Numbered from the stretch's first letter, positions 1 to 9,189 are shown. The stretch is 64,000 nucleotides of DNA from Lachnoclostridium sp. UBA3262 (GCA_002362575.1 DEUM01000009.1:43639-107638); one strand, 5' to 3'. Made by a program: numbers and translations. The notes: generated from the sequence alone by a model not told the origin.

Positions 1-1248
1 AACCGTGCCTGCCAGTTAATTGAGGAGCTTGGTGCAGGCGAGGTTGTCGGCGGCTGTGTCGATGTATATCCAGAAAAGAAAGAGCCGATAACCGTTTCCT
101 ATGATGTGGAACGAATCAATGCCCTGCTTGGTATTCAGGTATCTGAGGATGAAATGTGTGACTACTGGGATAAAGTAGAGCTAACGCCGGACAAGGAAAA
201 GAAATGTGTTTACGTGCCGACGTGGAGACAGGACATTTTATGCCTTGCGGATTTGGCAGAGGAAGTGGCAAGGTTTTATGGATATGATAAGATTCCGACC
301 ACACTGCCAAGCGGGGAGGCGACACAGGGAGGCCTGTCGTATCAGACGACGATTCAGAATATTGCGAGAAATGTAGTAGAACAGTTCGGCTTTTCGGAGG
401 GAATGACATATTCCTTTGAGAGTCCAAAAGTATTTGATAAGCTATTGCTTCCGTCTGACAGTGAACTTCGGAAATGTATCGAAATTTCGAATCCTCTTGG
501 CGTGGATTACAGCGTTATGAGAACATCTCCGGTAAATGGCATGCTGACTTCCCTTGCTACAAATTATAATCACCGCAATAAGGATGTAAGGCTGTATGAG
601 CTCGCCAATATTTATCTGCCAAAGGCATTGCCGCTTACCGAGCTTCCGGAGGAAAAAATGCAGCTAACCCTTGGTATGTATGGAAAAGGCGACTTTTTCG
701 AGATGAAGGGCTGCGTGGAGGCTATCTTTGAAAAGCTGGGCATTGACGGTATCAGAACCTATCAGCCGGAGGACAGCCGTACTTATCTGCATCCGGGGAG
801 ACGGGCAGATATTATCATGGATAATGAGACAATCGGCTATCTGGGAGAGGTGCATCCGGAGGTGGCTGACAATTATAATATTGGAACAAAAGCATATATT
901 GCAGTATTAGATATAGAAAAGCTTGCGAAAAGAGCATCCTTTGATGTAAAATATAAAGGGGTTGCCAAATTCCCGGCAGTTACCAGAGATATTTCTCTTG
1001 TAATGAAAAAGTCGGTTCTTGCTGGACAGGTTGAGGAGATTATCCGTGAAAACGGAGGCAGGCTTTTGGAGACATATCATTTATTTGATATATATGAGGG
1101 AGAGAATGTAGGGGCAGATGAGAAGTCGCTTGCCTACTCGATTCGTTTCCGCGCGGCGGACCGTACACTGGAGGATAAGGATGTAACTGCTGTTATGAAT
1201 AAAATACTTACGAAGATGGAAACGTTAGGTGTATCACTTAGGCAGTAG
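1..1248 (+). CDS. pheT: Phenylalanine--tRNA ligase beta subunit, 5'-truncated by the window edge
   Basis: Frame is open from base 1. Motifs LAEEVARFYGY, NPLGVDYSVMRTS and YLHPGRRA, plus the C-terminal FDX-ACB segment KFPAVTRDISL...KSLAYSIRFR. Confidence 0.95.
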   Translation, partial: NRACQLIEELGAGEVVGGCVDVYPEKKEPITVSYDVERINALLGIQVSEDEMCDYWDKVELTPDKEKKCVYVPTWRQDILCLADLAEEVARFYGYDKIPTTLPSGEATQGGLSYQTTIQNIARNVVEQFGFSEGMTYSFESPKVFDKLLLPSDSELRKCIEISNPLGVDYSVMRTSPVNGMLTSLATNYNHRNKDVRLYELANIYLPKALPLTELPEEKMQLTLGMYGKGDFFEMKGCVEAIFEKLGIDGIRTYQPEDSRTYLHPGRRADIIMDNETIGYLGEVHPEVADNYNIGTKAYIAVLDIEKLAKRASFDVKYKGVAKFPAVTRDISLVMKKSVLAGQVEEIIRENGGRLLETYHLFDIYEGENVGADEKSLAYSIRFRAADRTLEDKDVTAVMNKILTKMETLGVSLRQ

Positions 1249-1251
1249 GAG

Positions 1252-1746
1252 TTGGTTGTATTGAAAAAATTCATCAGTAACATTCTGACAGTGTGTTTTA
1301 TCTGTTACATGATACTGCTTGTATATTTTTTATTCTTTAGTGAGGAGTATGGACGCAATGAAGTATACTCCACATACCAGTATAATTTTAGGCTGTTCCG
1401 GGAGCTGGGACGCTACATTGAATACCGCGAGAAAATTGGGTTTACCTATTTTCTTATTAACGTAGTAGGCAATGTAGTGGCATTTATGCCGTTTGGCTTT
1501 CTCGTGCCGGTCATGTACCGGGAACAGCGCAGGGAAGTTGTTTTCCGCGGTCATTATTTCCGCAGCTTTTTATTTGTGACAATGCTTGGTTTTTCATTTA
1601 GTCTGGGTGTAGAGACCGTGCAGCTTGTGACAAAGGTTGGGTGCTTTGATGTGGACGACTTATTCTTAAATACTGTTGGTGTTATTTTGGGATATATGAT
1701 TTACTATTTCTGCAAAAAGATTATTGGTGTATTTGGAAAACGTTGA
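1252..1746 (+). CDS. VanZ-family membrane protein
   Basis: NVVGNVVAFMPFG and ETVQLVTKVGCFDVDDLFLNTVG match the VanZ pattern; several hydrophobic segments. Confidence 0.8.
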   Translation: MVVLKKFISNILTVCFICYMILLVYFLFFSEEYGRNEVYSTYQYNFRLFRELGRYIEYREKIGFTYFLINVVGNVVAFMPFGFLVPVMYREQRREVVFRGHYFRSFLFVTMLGFSFSLGVETVQLVTKVGCFDVDDLFLNTVGVILGYMIYYFCKKIIGVFGKR

Positions 1747-1759
1747 AAGGGGATAACTG

Positions 1760-2089
1760 ATGAATATTCGAATCGGAAGCCGGAAACGAATCCAGTTTAC
1801 GGACAAGACACATCCGGCGCTTGGAATTATTTCGGTTGTATTAGGTTTTTGTTCCTTTGTTCTCCTTCTAGTACTCTGTATTTTTTCTGGTAAGGCAAGG
1901 GGAATGTCAGGAATAGAGGCTGGAGTATTAGGAATACTGGACTTTATCATCAGCATGGTAGGTTTTATTATGGCAGTAAAATGTTACCGGAAAGAAGATA
2001 TTTACCTTTTGATGCCTTCGATTGGAGCAGCCCTCAATGGTGTTCTTGTCATATTTTGCATGATTTTGTATGTTATAGGCGCGGCGTAA
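1760..2089 (+). CDS. Small 3-TM membrane protein (DUF6142-like)
   Basis: FTDKTHP N-terminal motif followed by three hydrophobic helices; RBS aggggata. Confidence 0.55.
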   Translation: MNIRIGSRKRIQFTDKTHPALGIISVVLGFCSFVLLLVLCIFSGKARGMSGIEAGVLGILDFIISMVGFIMAVKCYRKEDIYLLMPSIGAALNGVLVIFCMILYVIGAA

Positions 2090-2864
2090 GGTTTTTCAGT
2101 CGCGGTGACACGGATATGTTCTTGTAAATCTCATGATATTGTGCATCCGACAGTTCTTCAATGTAATTGACGGGATACTCCTTTTCGTATCCCTTTGTAA
2201 TCAATATGGAAGCGGCCTTGTTATATGCAATGGCTGCTTCTATTTCTTTGTCATAGCGTCCGACAAGAAAGTCGCCGTTCCAATGAATTTTTGTCTCGTA
2301 GTATACCGTTCCTTTTCTTTCTTTACGAAATACCCCGTGGTAGTGGTTGATGATTTCAATATTTTCATAACGGAAATCCCGGCTGTCTCCATTGACAAAA
2401 CGAAAATCCCGTCCGGCAACGGCATAATTTTTAATGCCATACCGTGACAGAATATTTATCTGCATCCCATAATCGGCGACAAAGAGGTGTCCGCCGCGGC
2501 GGCTGATACTGCGTGTAGAATAATAAAACAAATCTTCAATGTCAAAGGTCAGGAAGTCGTGTTCGGCAAAATAGTAGTGAAAGAAGCGTTCCTTTAGATA
2601 GATGGGAGTCTTTATGTACATGCCGTTGTCCCGAAAATTCAGGAGTATAACCCATTTTTTAAAAGGAAGGACGCTCGTCCCGGATGAAAACATATCCAGT
2701 GAAATGGTATTGTCATAGAGTAATTTGCCAGCAAGCTGATAAGCGCTGGAAGCGGATTGTTCATCGGGATAGCTTCCAAGGCTGATGTGTTTGCCGGAAA
2801 AGGTAATGGAACTCCGGTAGTAGGTTGTCCCGTCTTTCTTTTTTGCAGAATACACTCCCGGTAA
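2073..2864 (-). CDS. Protein with two AP2-like domains flanking a degenerate HNH-like segment
   Basis: Start placed at MLPGVY after RBS aaggagg. AP2-like PGVY...HISLGSYPDEQSASSAY and YHGV...LVGRYDKEIEAAIAYN; central VNGDSRDFRYENI. Confidence 0.6.
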   Translation of the reverse strand, partial: LPGVYSAKKKDGTTYYRSSITFSGKHISLGSYPDEQSASSAYQLAGKLLYDNTISLDMFSSGTSVLPFKKWVILLNFRDNGMYIKTPIYLKERFFHYYFAEHDFLTFDIEDLFYYSTRSISRRGGHLFVADYGMQINILSRYGIKNYAVAGRDFRFVNGDSRDFRYENIEIINHYHGVFRKERKGTVYYETKIHWNGDFLVGRYDKEIEAAIAYNKAASILITKGYEKEYPVNYIEELSDAQYHEIYKNISVSPRLKNLTPRL

Positions 2865-2985
2865 CATAGCAGCCTCCTTTCCCTCTGAATCGCAAACTTT
2901 GCTAAATTTATTAGAATATATTATTTTATACAATTAAATTTATTTTAGAATAGAAAAACATAGATTGCAAGAAATTTAATTCGTT

Positions 2986-3002
2986 TGTAACAATTTTGTA
3001 AT
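2986..3002 (+). promoter_or_regulatory. WalR-type box TGTAAC-N5-TGTAAT
   Basis: Exact match to the TGTWAH-N5-TGTWAH consensus, upstream of a cell-wall hydrolase gene. Confidence 0.55.
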
Positions 3003-3060
3003 AAAACTGAAAAAGTCGCATATACTTTTTATAACAGAAGAATTGTTTTAAACGACAAAG

Positions 3061-3777
3061 GTGGTGCAATTTATGAAAGAACATTGGAACAAAAATCATG
3101 TTAGTAAGAATCATTGGAACAAAAATCATTGGGGAAGATACATGTATTGCCTGTATGTGCTTCTGGCGGCTTCGCTGACGGTCGGGTGGTATCCGGAAAG
3201 TCAGGCAAAGAGCTTAAATATGGTTATGGGCAGTACATTACAGAAGATGGAGACAATTTGTCTGCTGAACGAGAATAACCGGCTGTTTCTGCAGGGAATC
3301 GCAGAGACGGAAGTGACGGAGCGCAGGCAAAGCGAGCAGATGGATGAGTACCAAAGACGGGCGGTTAAAACAATTCAAAAGAAAAAGGTAAAGGCAGCCT
3401 CTGGAGTGTCAGCCGGAAGCCGGAGGATTCTTGAGAGAATTGTGGAGGCGGAAGCGGGCGATCAGGATCTAAAAGGAAGGCTCCTTGTCGCCAATGTTGT
3501 GTTAAACCGTGTGAAATCGAAGAAGTTTCCAAACACAGTAAAGGGTGTAGTGTTTGCACACAGGCAGTTTTCTCCGATATCCAATGGAAGCTATTACCGG
3601 GTTCACGTTTCTGGGAAGACAAAGCGGGCGGTTCGAAAAGCCCTTCAGGGCGAAGACCATTCGCGGGGAGCCTTGTATTTTATGTGCCGGAGCGCTTCCA
3701 GTGCAAGGAATGTTGCGTGGTTTGATAGAGACTTAAAGCGACTTTTTAAATATGGATGCCATGAGTTCTTTCGGTAG
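3061..3777 (+). CDS. Cell wall hydrolase (Hydrolase_2/SleB/CwlJ-like); true start may be downstream (MYCLYV)
   Basis: LERIVEAEAG, LLVANVVLNRV, FPNTVKGVVF, QFSPI, GALYF and GCHEFF motifs; N-terminal hydrophobic segment. Confidence 0.85.
   Translation: MVQFMKEHWNKNHVSKNHWNKNHWGRYMYCLYVLLAASLTVGWYPESQAKSLNMVMGSTLQKMETICLLNENNRLFLQGIAETEVTERRQSEQMDEYQRRAVKTIQKKKVKAASGVSAGSRRILERIVEAEAGDQDLKGRLLVANVVLNRVKSKKFPNTVKGVVFAHRQFSPISNGSYYRVHVSGKTKRAVRKALQGEDHSRGALYFMCRSASSARNVAWFDRDLKRLFKYGCHEFFR
3082..3132 (+). repeat. 15-bp tandem repeat, about 3.4 units (cattggaacaaaaat)
   Basis: cattggaacaaaaat / catgttagtaagaat / cattggaacaaaaat / cattgg. Confidence 0.8.
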
Positions 3778-3780
3778 CTG

Positions 3781-3907
3781 TGACTATATTGCAAGGGTAA
3801 GGGAATGACGGCGGTATCGACTCGGTTCTTGGTAATTCGCTGCGCAAATTGATAGAACCTCACTGATACCGCCGTCATTCCCCTTGGCTACCCTGCAATA
3901 TTAGTCG
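3781..3907. repeat. Long imperfect inverted repeat (REP-like hairpin element)
   Basis: Arm gggaatgacggcggtatc pairs with gataccgccgtcattccc; outer gacta..ttgca pairs with tgcaa..tagtc; core gtaattcgctgcgcaaattgatag. Confidence 0.75.
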
Positions 3908-3991
3908 CCTGCCGCTGCAAAAATGGTTTACTAATGGGGAGGGTACTACTGCCAGCGAGTTTGGATAAAAAAGGGGATAGAAAAAGAGTTG

Positions 3992-4083
3992 GTGAAAAGA
4001 GAGGGACAGAAAGCAGCGAGCACCTATCAATTCGCGAAGCGAATTACTATGGTGCGAGTCGGTTTCTGTTCCTCTCTTTTCAC
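3992..4083. repeat. Second long hairpin element carrying the same core in inverted orientation
   Basis: gtgaaaagagagggacagaaa pairs with tttctgttcctctcttttcac; core ctatcaattcgcgaagcgaattac. Confidence 0.75.
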
Positions 4084-4230
4084 TTCTCTGTTTTCAGCGT
4101 TTCTTTTTTACCACAACCCGCTATTGTAAAATAAAGCAAAACATGATATTCTAATCTATAACTGTGGGAAACTAGATTTCCGATAATAAGCCGCAAGGTT
4201 ATGTAAATTTACAGTAAAGGATGGTTTATC

Positions 4231-5715
4231 ATGAATATTATGTATAAGAGTACGAGAAGCAATAACGAGAAGGTAACAGCGTCACAGGCAATACTCAAAG
4301 GCCTTGCAGAGGATGGAGGGCTGTTTGTGCCAGAGGAGATACCGGCATTGGATGTAGAACTGGAGACGCTTTCTTCCATGACATATCAGGAAACAGCGTA
4401 TGAGGTGATGAAACTGTTTCTCAGTGACTTTAGTGAAGAAGAACTGAAGGCATGTATTCGGGGAGCCTATGATGAAAAATTTGATACAGATTTGATTGCA
4501 CCTCTTGTTAAAAAAGATGGGGCATATTATCTTGAACTCTTTCACGGAAAGACAATTGCATTTAAGGATATGGCACTTTCTATTCTGCCTTATCTGATGA
4601 CGACGGCGGCAAAGAAAAATGGTGTAAAAAATGAAATCGTTATTTTGACGGCCACCTCAGGAGATACCGGAAAGGCTGCCCTTGCCGGATTTGCCGATGT
4701 GCCGGGAACGAGTATTATTGTATTTTACCCAAAGGACGGCGTCAGCCCGATACAGAAAAAGCAGATGCTGACGCAGAAGGGGAAAAATACAAATGTAGTA
4801 GGTATTATCGGAAATTTTGATGATGCGCAGACTGGTGTGAAGAAGATGTTTAACTCGAAGGAGCTGGCAGAGCGTATGGATAAGAAGGGATATCAGTTCT
4901 CCTCGGCTAATTCCATTAACATTGGCCGTCTGGTTCCTCAGATTGTCTACTATGTTTATGCGTATGGACAGCTATTAAAACAAGGTGAGATTTCCGTCGG
5001 AGAGAAGATGAATGTCGTTGTGCCGACGGGAAATTTTGGAAATATTTTGGCGGCATATTATGCAAAAAATATGGGGCTTCCGATTGATACCCTGTATTGT
5101 GCATCGAACGAAAATAAAGTGTTGTTTGATTTCTTCCAGAGTGGCAAGTATGACAGAAAGAGGGAGTTTATACTTACATCCTCCCCTTCTATGGATATTT
5201 TGATTTCAAGTAATCTTGAGCGGCTGATTTACCGAATTGCCGGAGAGGATGCGGATAAGACAAAAGCTCTGATGGAGGCGCTCGTAAAGGAAGGAAATTA
5301 TGAAATTACGCCGGAAATGCAGGAAAAGCTGACCTGTTTTCAGGCGGGGTATGCGTCGGAGGGGGAGACGGCGGCTGCGATTCGAAAGGTCTATGAAGCT
5401 GCCGATTATGTGATGGATACACATACCGCAGTAGCTTCCCACGTGTATTATGAGAAAGCAGCACAGAGTGGGACAAAGACAGTAATCGCTTCCACGGCAA
5501 GCCCTTATAAATTTACAAGGAGCGTTATGGACGCCATTGACAAAGAGAAATATGACAGTATGACGGACTTTGAGCTTGTAGATGAACTGAACCGGATTTC
5601 TGGTGTTACCGTTCCAAATGCAATCGAAGAGATTCGGACGGCGCCGATTCTTCACAATACCGTTTGTGATAAGAGTGAAATGCAGGACACAGTGGAGAAA
5701 ATTCTGGGCTTATAG
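4231..5715 (+). CDS. thrC: Threonine synthase
   Basis: GLAEDGGLFVP, ELFHGKTIAFKD (PLP lysine), ATSGDTG, SANSINIGRL, VPTGNFGN and SPSMDILISSNLER motifs. Confidence 0.95.
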   Translation: MNIMYKSTRSNNEKVTASQAILKGLAEDGGLFVPEEIPALDVELETLSSMTYQETAYEVMKLFLSDFSEEELKACIRGAYDEKFDTDLIAPLVKKDGAYYLELFHGKTIAFKDMALSILPYLMTTAAKKNGVKNEIVILTATSGDTGKAALAGFADVPGTSIIVFYPKDGVSPIQKKQMLTQKGKNTNVVGIIGNFDDAQTGVKKMFNSKELAERMDKKGYQFSSANSINIGRLVPQIVYYVYAYGQLLKQGEISVGEKMNVVVPTGNFGNILAAYYAKNMGLPIDTLYCASNENKVLFDFFQSGKYDRKREFILTSSPSMDILISSNLERLIYRIAGEDADKTKALMEALVKEGNYEITPEMQEKLTCFQAGYASEGETAAAIRKVYEAADYVMDTHTAVASHVYYEKAAQSGTKTVIASTASPYKFTRSVMDAIDKEKYDSMTDFELVDELNRISGVTVPNAIEEIRTAPILHNTVCDKSEMQDTVEKILGL

Positions 5716-5759
5716 CATGTACTTTGAAATAAAATTTCAGAGAAAAACGGAGGTGCAGA

Positions 5760-6551
5760 ATGGAATTCCGTCCGTGTATTGACATTCATAATGGTAAGGT
5801 AAAGCAGATTGTCGGGGGAAGTCTGACAGATAAGGATAATTATGCCAAGGAAAATTTTGTTTCTGAAATGGGAGCCGGAGATTATGCTCGTTTATATAGG
5901 AAGAAAGGGCTCCGGGGCGGACACATTATTCTTTTAAATAAGAAAGAAAGTGAATATTATGCGGCAGATCTGGCGCAGGCAGAGGAGGCACTTGCTGTCT
6001 GGCCGAGGACTTTACAGGTCGGAGGAGGTATCACGGCAGAAAATGCGGCGGACTTTATCCGAAAAGGGGCGAGTCATGTAATCGTGACCTCTTATGTGTT
6101 TCAGGATGGCGAAATCCGTTTTGACCGGCTTGAAAAGCTTGTGAAGGAAATTGGAAAGGAACATTTGGTGCTTGATTTGAGCTGCCGGAAAAAGGAAAAT
6201 ACCTATTATATCGTGACAGACCGCTGGCAGAAGTTTACGAAACAGATGTTGGACGTCAGGCTTATGGAAAAGCTGGCAGATTATTGTGATGAATTTCTTG
6301 TGCATGCGGTGAACGTGGAAGGGACCGGAACCGGTGTTGACGCAGAACTGCTTGCTTTGCTTGCCGGACAGTGTACTGTTCCGGTAACTTATGCGGGGGG
6401 AGTCGGAACAATGGAGGATATTGAGAAAATTCGTAATATTGGAAAGGGTAAAATAAATTTTACTGTTGGAAGTGCCTTGGATTTGTTTGGTGGTTCTTTG
6501 GCATTTGATGAAATTATTAACAAATTTTGTAAAAAATATATCAATATGTAA
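5760..6551 (+). CDS. hisA: Phosphoribosylformimino-5-aminoimidazole carboxamide ribotide isomerase, His6-like (eukaryotic-type) subfamily
   Basis: FRPCIDIHNGKVKQIVGGSL, LQVGGGIT, GASHVIVTSYVF, LVLDLSCR and TVGSALDLFGG are typical of the His6-type HisA. Confidence 0.9.
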   Translation: MEFRPCIDIHNGKVKQIVGGSLTDKDNYAKENFVSEMGAGDYARLYRKKGLRGGHIILLNKKESEYYAADLAQAEEALAVWPRTLQVGGGITAENAADFIRKGASHVIVTSYVFQDGEIRFDRLEKLVKEIGKEHLVLDLSCRKKENTYYIVTDRWQKFTKQMLDVRLMEKLADYCDEFLVHAVNVEGTGTGVDAELLALLAGQCTVPVTYAGGVGTMEDIEKIRNIGKGKINFTVGSALDLFGGSLAFDEIINKFCKKYINM

Positions 6552-6576
6552 AAATAATTACATAGAAAAAATAACG

Positions 6577-6615
6577 AAAAATCGCTATTTCTTTAAGGAA
6601 TTGGCGATTTTTTTT
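6577..6615 (+). terminator. Intrinsic terminator after hisA
   Basis: aaaaatcgcta pairs with tggcgattttt, followed by a T-run. Confidence 0.7.
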
Positions 6616-6654
6616 GTTTTAGGGGTTGATTTTTGTAAATTATATGATACAATT

Positions 6655-6671
6655 ATTACATAAATGTTACA
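6655..6671 (-). promoter_or_regulatory. WalR-type box TGTAAC-N5-TGTAAT (minus strand)
   Basis: The + strand reads attaca-taaat-gttaca, upstream of the second cell-wall hydrolase gene. Confidence 0.55.
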
Positions 6672-6741
6672 AAATACAGCTTAAAAATGTTACAAAACAA
6701 AGACAAGTTGTTAAAACAATTATGTAAGGAGTTATTGAGTT

Positions 6742-7227
6742 ATGAGTTTAAAAAAAGTAGTAGTGTTATTGCTGGCGGTCAGTATGTTAATTGGTGCTGC
6801 ATCGGTTAGTACATCAGCAGAGGCTGCGAAAAAAAAGTATACAAATAGAGAGGTAAAGCTGTTAGCTTCTATTATTTTCTGTGAAGCAGGAAACCAGAGC
6901 TACGCAGGAAAGCTTGCTGTTGGGTGTGTTGTGATGAACCGGAAACGTTCTCGTTCCTTCCCAAATACAGTAGAGGGCGTTATTCGTCAGAAAGGACAGT
7001 TTGGTCCGGTTTCTTCCGGTAAGTTTAAAAGAGAATTAAAAAAGTATAAAAAGGGAGCTTATAAGAAGGGAGCAAGAAAGCAGTGCGTGAAGGCGGCAAA
7101 AGAAGCCTTGTCCGGTCAGGGATATGTTAAGACTCGCGGGAAAAAGGTGAATATGAGAAGATATCATTTCTTTAACGGACATCTGCGACGTGCCAAACTT
7201 CGTATTGGAGGACATGATTTTAAGTAA
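6742..7227 (+). CDS. Secreted cell wall hydrolase (Hydrolase_2 family)
   Basis: Signal peptide ending AEA; LLASIIFCEAG, AVGCVVMNR, FPNTVEGVIRQKGQF and IGGHDF motifs. Confidence 0.85.
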   Translation: MSLKKVVVLLLAVSMLIGAASVSTSAEAAKKKYTNREVKLLASIIFCEAGNQSYAGKLAVGCVVMNRKRSRSFPNTVEGVIRQKGQFGPVSSGKFKRELKKYKKGAYKKGARKQCVKAAKEALSGQGYVKTRGKKVNMRRYHFFNGHLRRAKLRIGGHDFK

Positions 7228-7228
7228 A

Positions 7229-7299
7229 CTTCAGCCCAATTAGTTCTGAAGCTTTGCTTCAGCTCAATTAGTTCTGAAGCTTTGCTTCAGCTCAATTAG
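7229..7299 (+). repeat. 28-bp tandem repeat, about 2.5 units (cttcagctcaattagttctgaagctttg)
   Basis: Directly adjacent units with no spacers; each contains a cttcag/ctgaag inverted pair. Confidence 0.85.
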
Positions 7300-7440
7300 C
7301 CATGAAGCCCGGACTGTCATGTGAAATCACATGACAGTCCGGGCTTTGGCTAAGCGCCACATACAAAAAAAGAAGGTTAGTCAGCCTTTTGTGTGCAAGC
7401 ACCCAACGGCTGACCAACCTTTTTTTTTGTGCATGGCTAA
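7296..7440. repeat. 145-bp nested palindromic element (MITE/REP-like)
   Basis: 9-bp terminal inverted repeat ttagccatg/catggctaa enclosing the hairpin agcccggactgtcatgtg-aaat-cacatgacagtccgggct and a second hairpin aaaaaaagaaggttagtcagcc...ggctgaccaaccttttttt. Confidence 0.7.
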
Positions 7441-7518
7441 ATAGTTATAAAAATTTTGCTTTTCTAAAGGGCGTCTTTGTGGTATGATGAAAGAAGATAT
7501 GCTAAGGAGGCTTTTTTA

Positions 7519-9189
7519 ATGTCAGAAATACAGGAAGAAATTACAGTAAAGAATTTTATAGAGAATGAAATTGATAAAGACCTTCAAGAAGGAATTTACG
7601 ATAAAGTTATGACGCGTTTTCCTCCGGAACCGAACGGATATCTTCATATTGGTCATGCTAAGTCTATCATTTTGAATCAGGGGCTGGCAAAAAAATATGG
7701 TGGTACATTTAACCTACGGTTTGATGACACGAATCCCCAGAAGGAGAAGGAGGAGTTTGTCCATTCCATTTTAGCGGATGTCGAATGGATCTGCGGCGAG
7801 AAGCCGCCGGTGTATTTTGCGTCAGATTATTTTGATAAAATGTATGAATGTGCGGTAAAGCTAATTGAGAAAGGGAAAGCGTTTGTTTGTGATTTGTCGC
7901 CGGAAGAAATGAGAGAATACCGGGGTACGCTGACAGAGCCGGGAAAGAATAGCCCATACCGTGACCGTTCTGTGGAAGAAAATTTAAAGCTGTTTGAGGA
8001 GATGAAGAACGGAAAGTGCGAGGATGGTTCCCGTGTGCTTCGTGCCAAGATAGATATGGCTTCTCCGAATATTAACATGAGGGATCCGATTCTTTACCGT
8101 GTTGCTCATCTTCATCATCACAATACAGGGGATAAATGGTGTATTTACCCAATGTATGACTTTGCCCACCCGATTGAAGATGCAGTGGAGGGAATCACAC
8201 ACTCGATTTGTACACTTGAGTTTGAGGACCACAGACCGCTTTATGACTGGGTGGTGCGGGAATGTGAGTTTGAGATACCGCCGCGCCAGATTGAGTTTGC
8301 GAAAATGTATCTGACAAATGTGATTACCGGTAAACGATATATTAAGAAGCTGGTAGAGGACGGCATTGTGGATGGCTGGGATGATCCGCGGCTTGTCACG
8401 GTAACGGCATTGCGCCGAAGGGGATATACGGCATCTTCCATTCGGAAGTTTATGGAATTATGCGGGGTGTCTAAGTCGAACAGCTCGGTTGACTATGCTA
8501 TGCTTGAGTATTGCATCCGGGAAGATTTGAAAATGACACAGCCCCGTATGATGGCAGTGTTAAATCCGATAAAATTGATTATTGACAACTACGAGGAAGG
8601 TAAGATAGAGTATCTCGATGTGCCGAATAATCAGGAAAATCCGGAGCTTGGGACGAGAAAAGTTCCATTTGCACGAGAACTTTATATTGAGCGGGAGGAT
8701 TTTATGATTGAGCCTCCCAGAAAATATTTCCGTCTGTTTCCCGGCAATGAGGTCCGCTTGATGAGTGCTTATTTTGTAAAGTGCGTGGACTATAAGACCG
8801 ATGAGGAGGGAAATGTAACGGAAGTGCATTGCACATATGATCCGGAGACAAAGAGTGGTTCCGGATTTACCGGACGAAAAGTAAAGGGGACGATTCACTG
8901 GGTGGCTGCGCCTACTGCTGTGACGTCAGAGGTTCGTCTTTATGAAAACATAGTAGATGAGGAAAAAGGTGTGTACAATGAGGATGGGACAGTAAATGTC
9001 AATCCAAATTCGCTGACAGTGCTGACAAATTGTTATATGGAGCCGGCATTGGCAGAGGCAAAGCCGGAAGATAAGTTCCAGTTTATGCGCACTGGATTTT
9101 TCTGTGTGGATTCAAAAGATACGACAAAGGAGCATCTGGTGTTTAACCGGATTGTATCACTGAAAAGTTCGTATCGTCCAAATAAATAG
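7519..9189 (+). CDS. glnS: Glutamine--tRNA ligase
   Basis: [18 protein letters not shown] (HIGH), [30 protein letters not shown] and KGTIHWV motifs; start placed after RBS aaggagg. Confidence 0.95.
   Translation: MSEIQEEITVKNFIENEIDKDLQEGIYDKVMTRFPPEPNGYLHIGHAKSIILNQGLAKKYGGTFNLRFDDTNPQKEKEEFVHSILADVEWICGEKPPVYFASDYFDKMYECAVKLIEKGKAFVCDLSPEEMREYRGTLTEPGKNSPYRDRSVEENLKLFEEMKNGKCEDGSRVLRAKIDMASPNINMRDPILYRVAHLHHHNTGDKWCIYPMYDFAHPIEDAVEGITHSICTLEFEDHRPLYDWVVRECEFEIPPRQIEFAKMYLTNVITGKRYIKKLVEDGIVDGWDDPRLVTVTALRRRGYTASSIRKFMELCGVSKSNSSVDYAMLEYCIREDLKMTQPRMMAVLNPIKLIIDNYEEGKIEYLDVPNNQENPELGTRKVPFARELYIEREDFMIEPPRKYFRLFPGNEVRLMSAYFVKCVDYKTDEEGNVTEVHCTYDPETKSGSGFTGRKVKGTIHWVAAPTAVTSEVRLYENIVDEEKGVYNEDGTVNVNPNSLTVLTNCYMEPALAEAKPEDKFQFMRTGFFCVDSKDTTKEHLVFNRIVSLKSSYRPNK

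Noticed and set aside
1252-1746. Glycopeptide-resistance cluster suggested by VanZ
   Set aside because: No vanHAX or vanRS genes are present; lone VanZ-family genes are common.
3781-3907. 6S RNA
   Set aside because: It is shorter than a typical 6S RNA, lacks a clear central bubble, and shares its core with the neighbouring repeat. A cmscan run would settle this.
3934-4230. T-box or other riboswitch upstream of thrC
   Set aside because: There is no T-box antiterminator sequence (GGTGGNACC) on either strand, and the long hairpin explains the structure. The 3934-4134 ORF is a by-product of the palindrome.
7229-7299. CRISPR array (28-bp partly palindromic repeats)
   Set aside because: The units are directly adjacent with no spacers, there are only 2.5 copies, and no cas genes are in the window.
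7300-7518. T-box leader for glnS
   Set aside because: No T-box motif is present; the hairpins are symmetric repeats.
7519-9189. GlnRS as unusual for a Firmicute
   Set aside because: glnS is well known in Clostridia.
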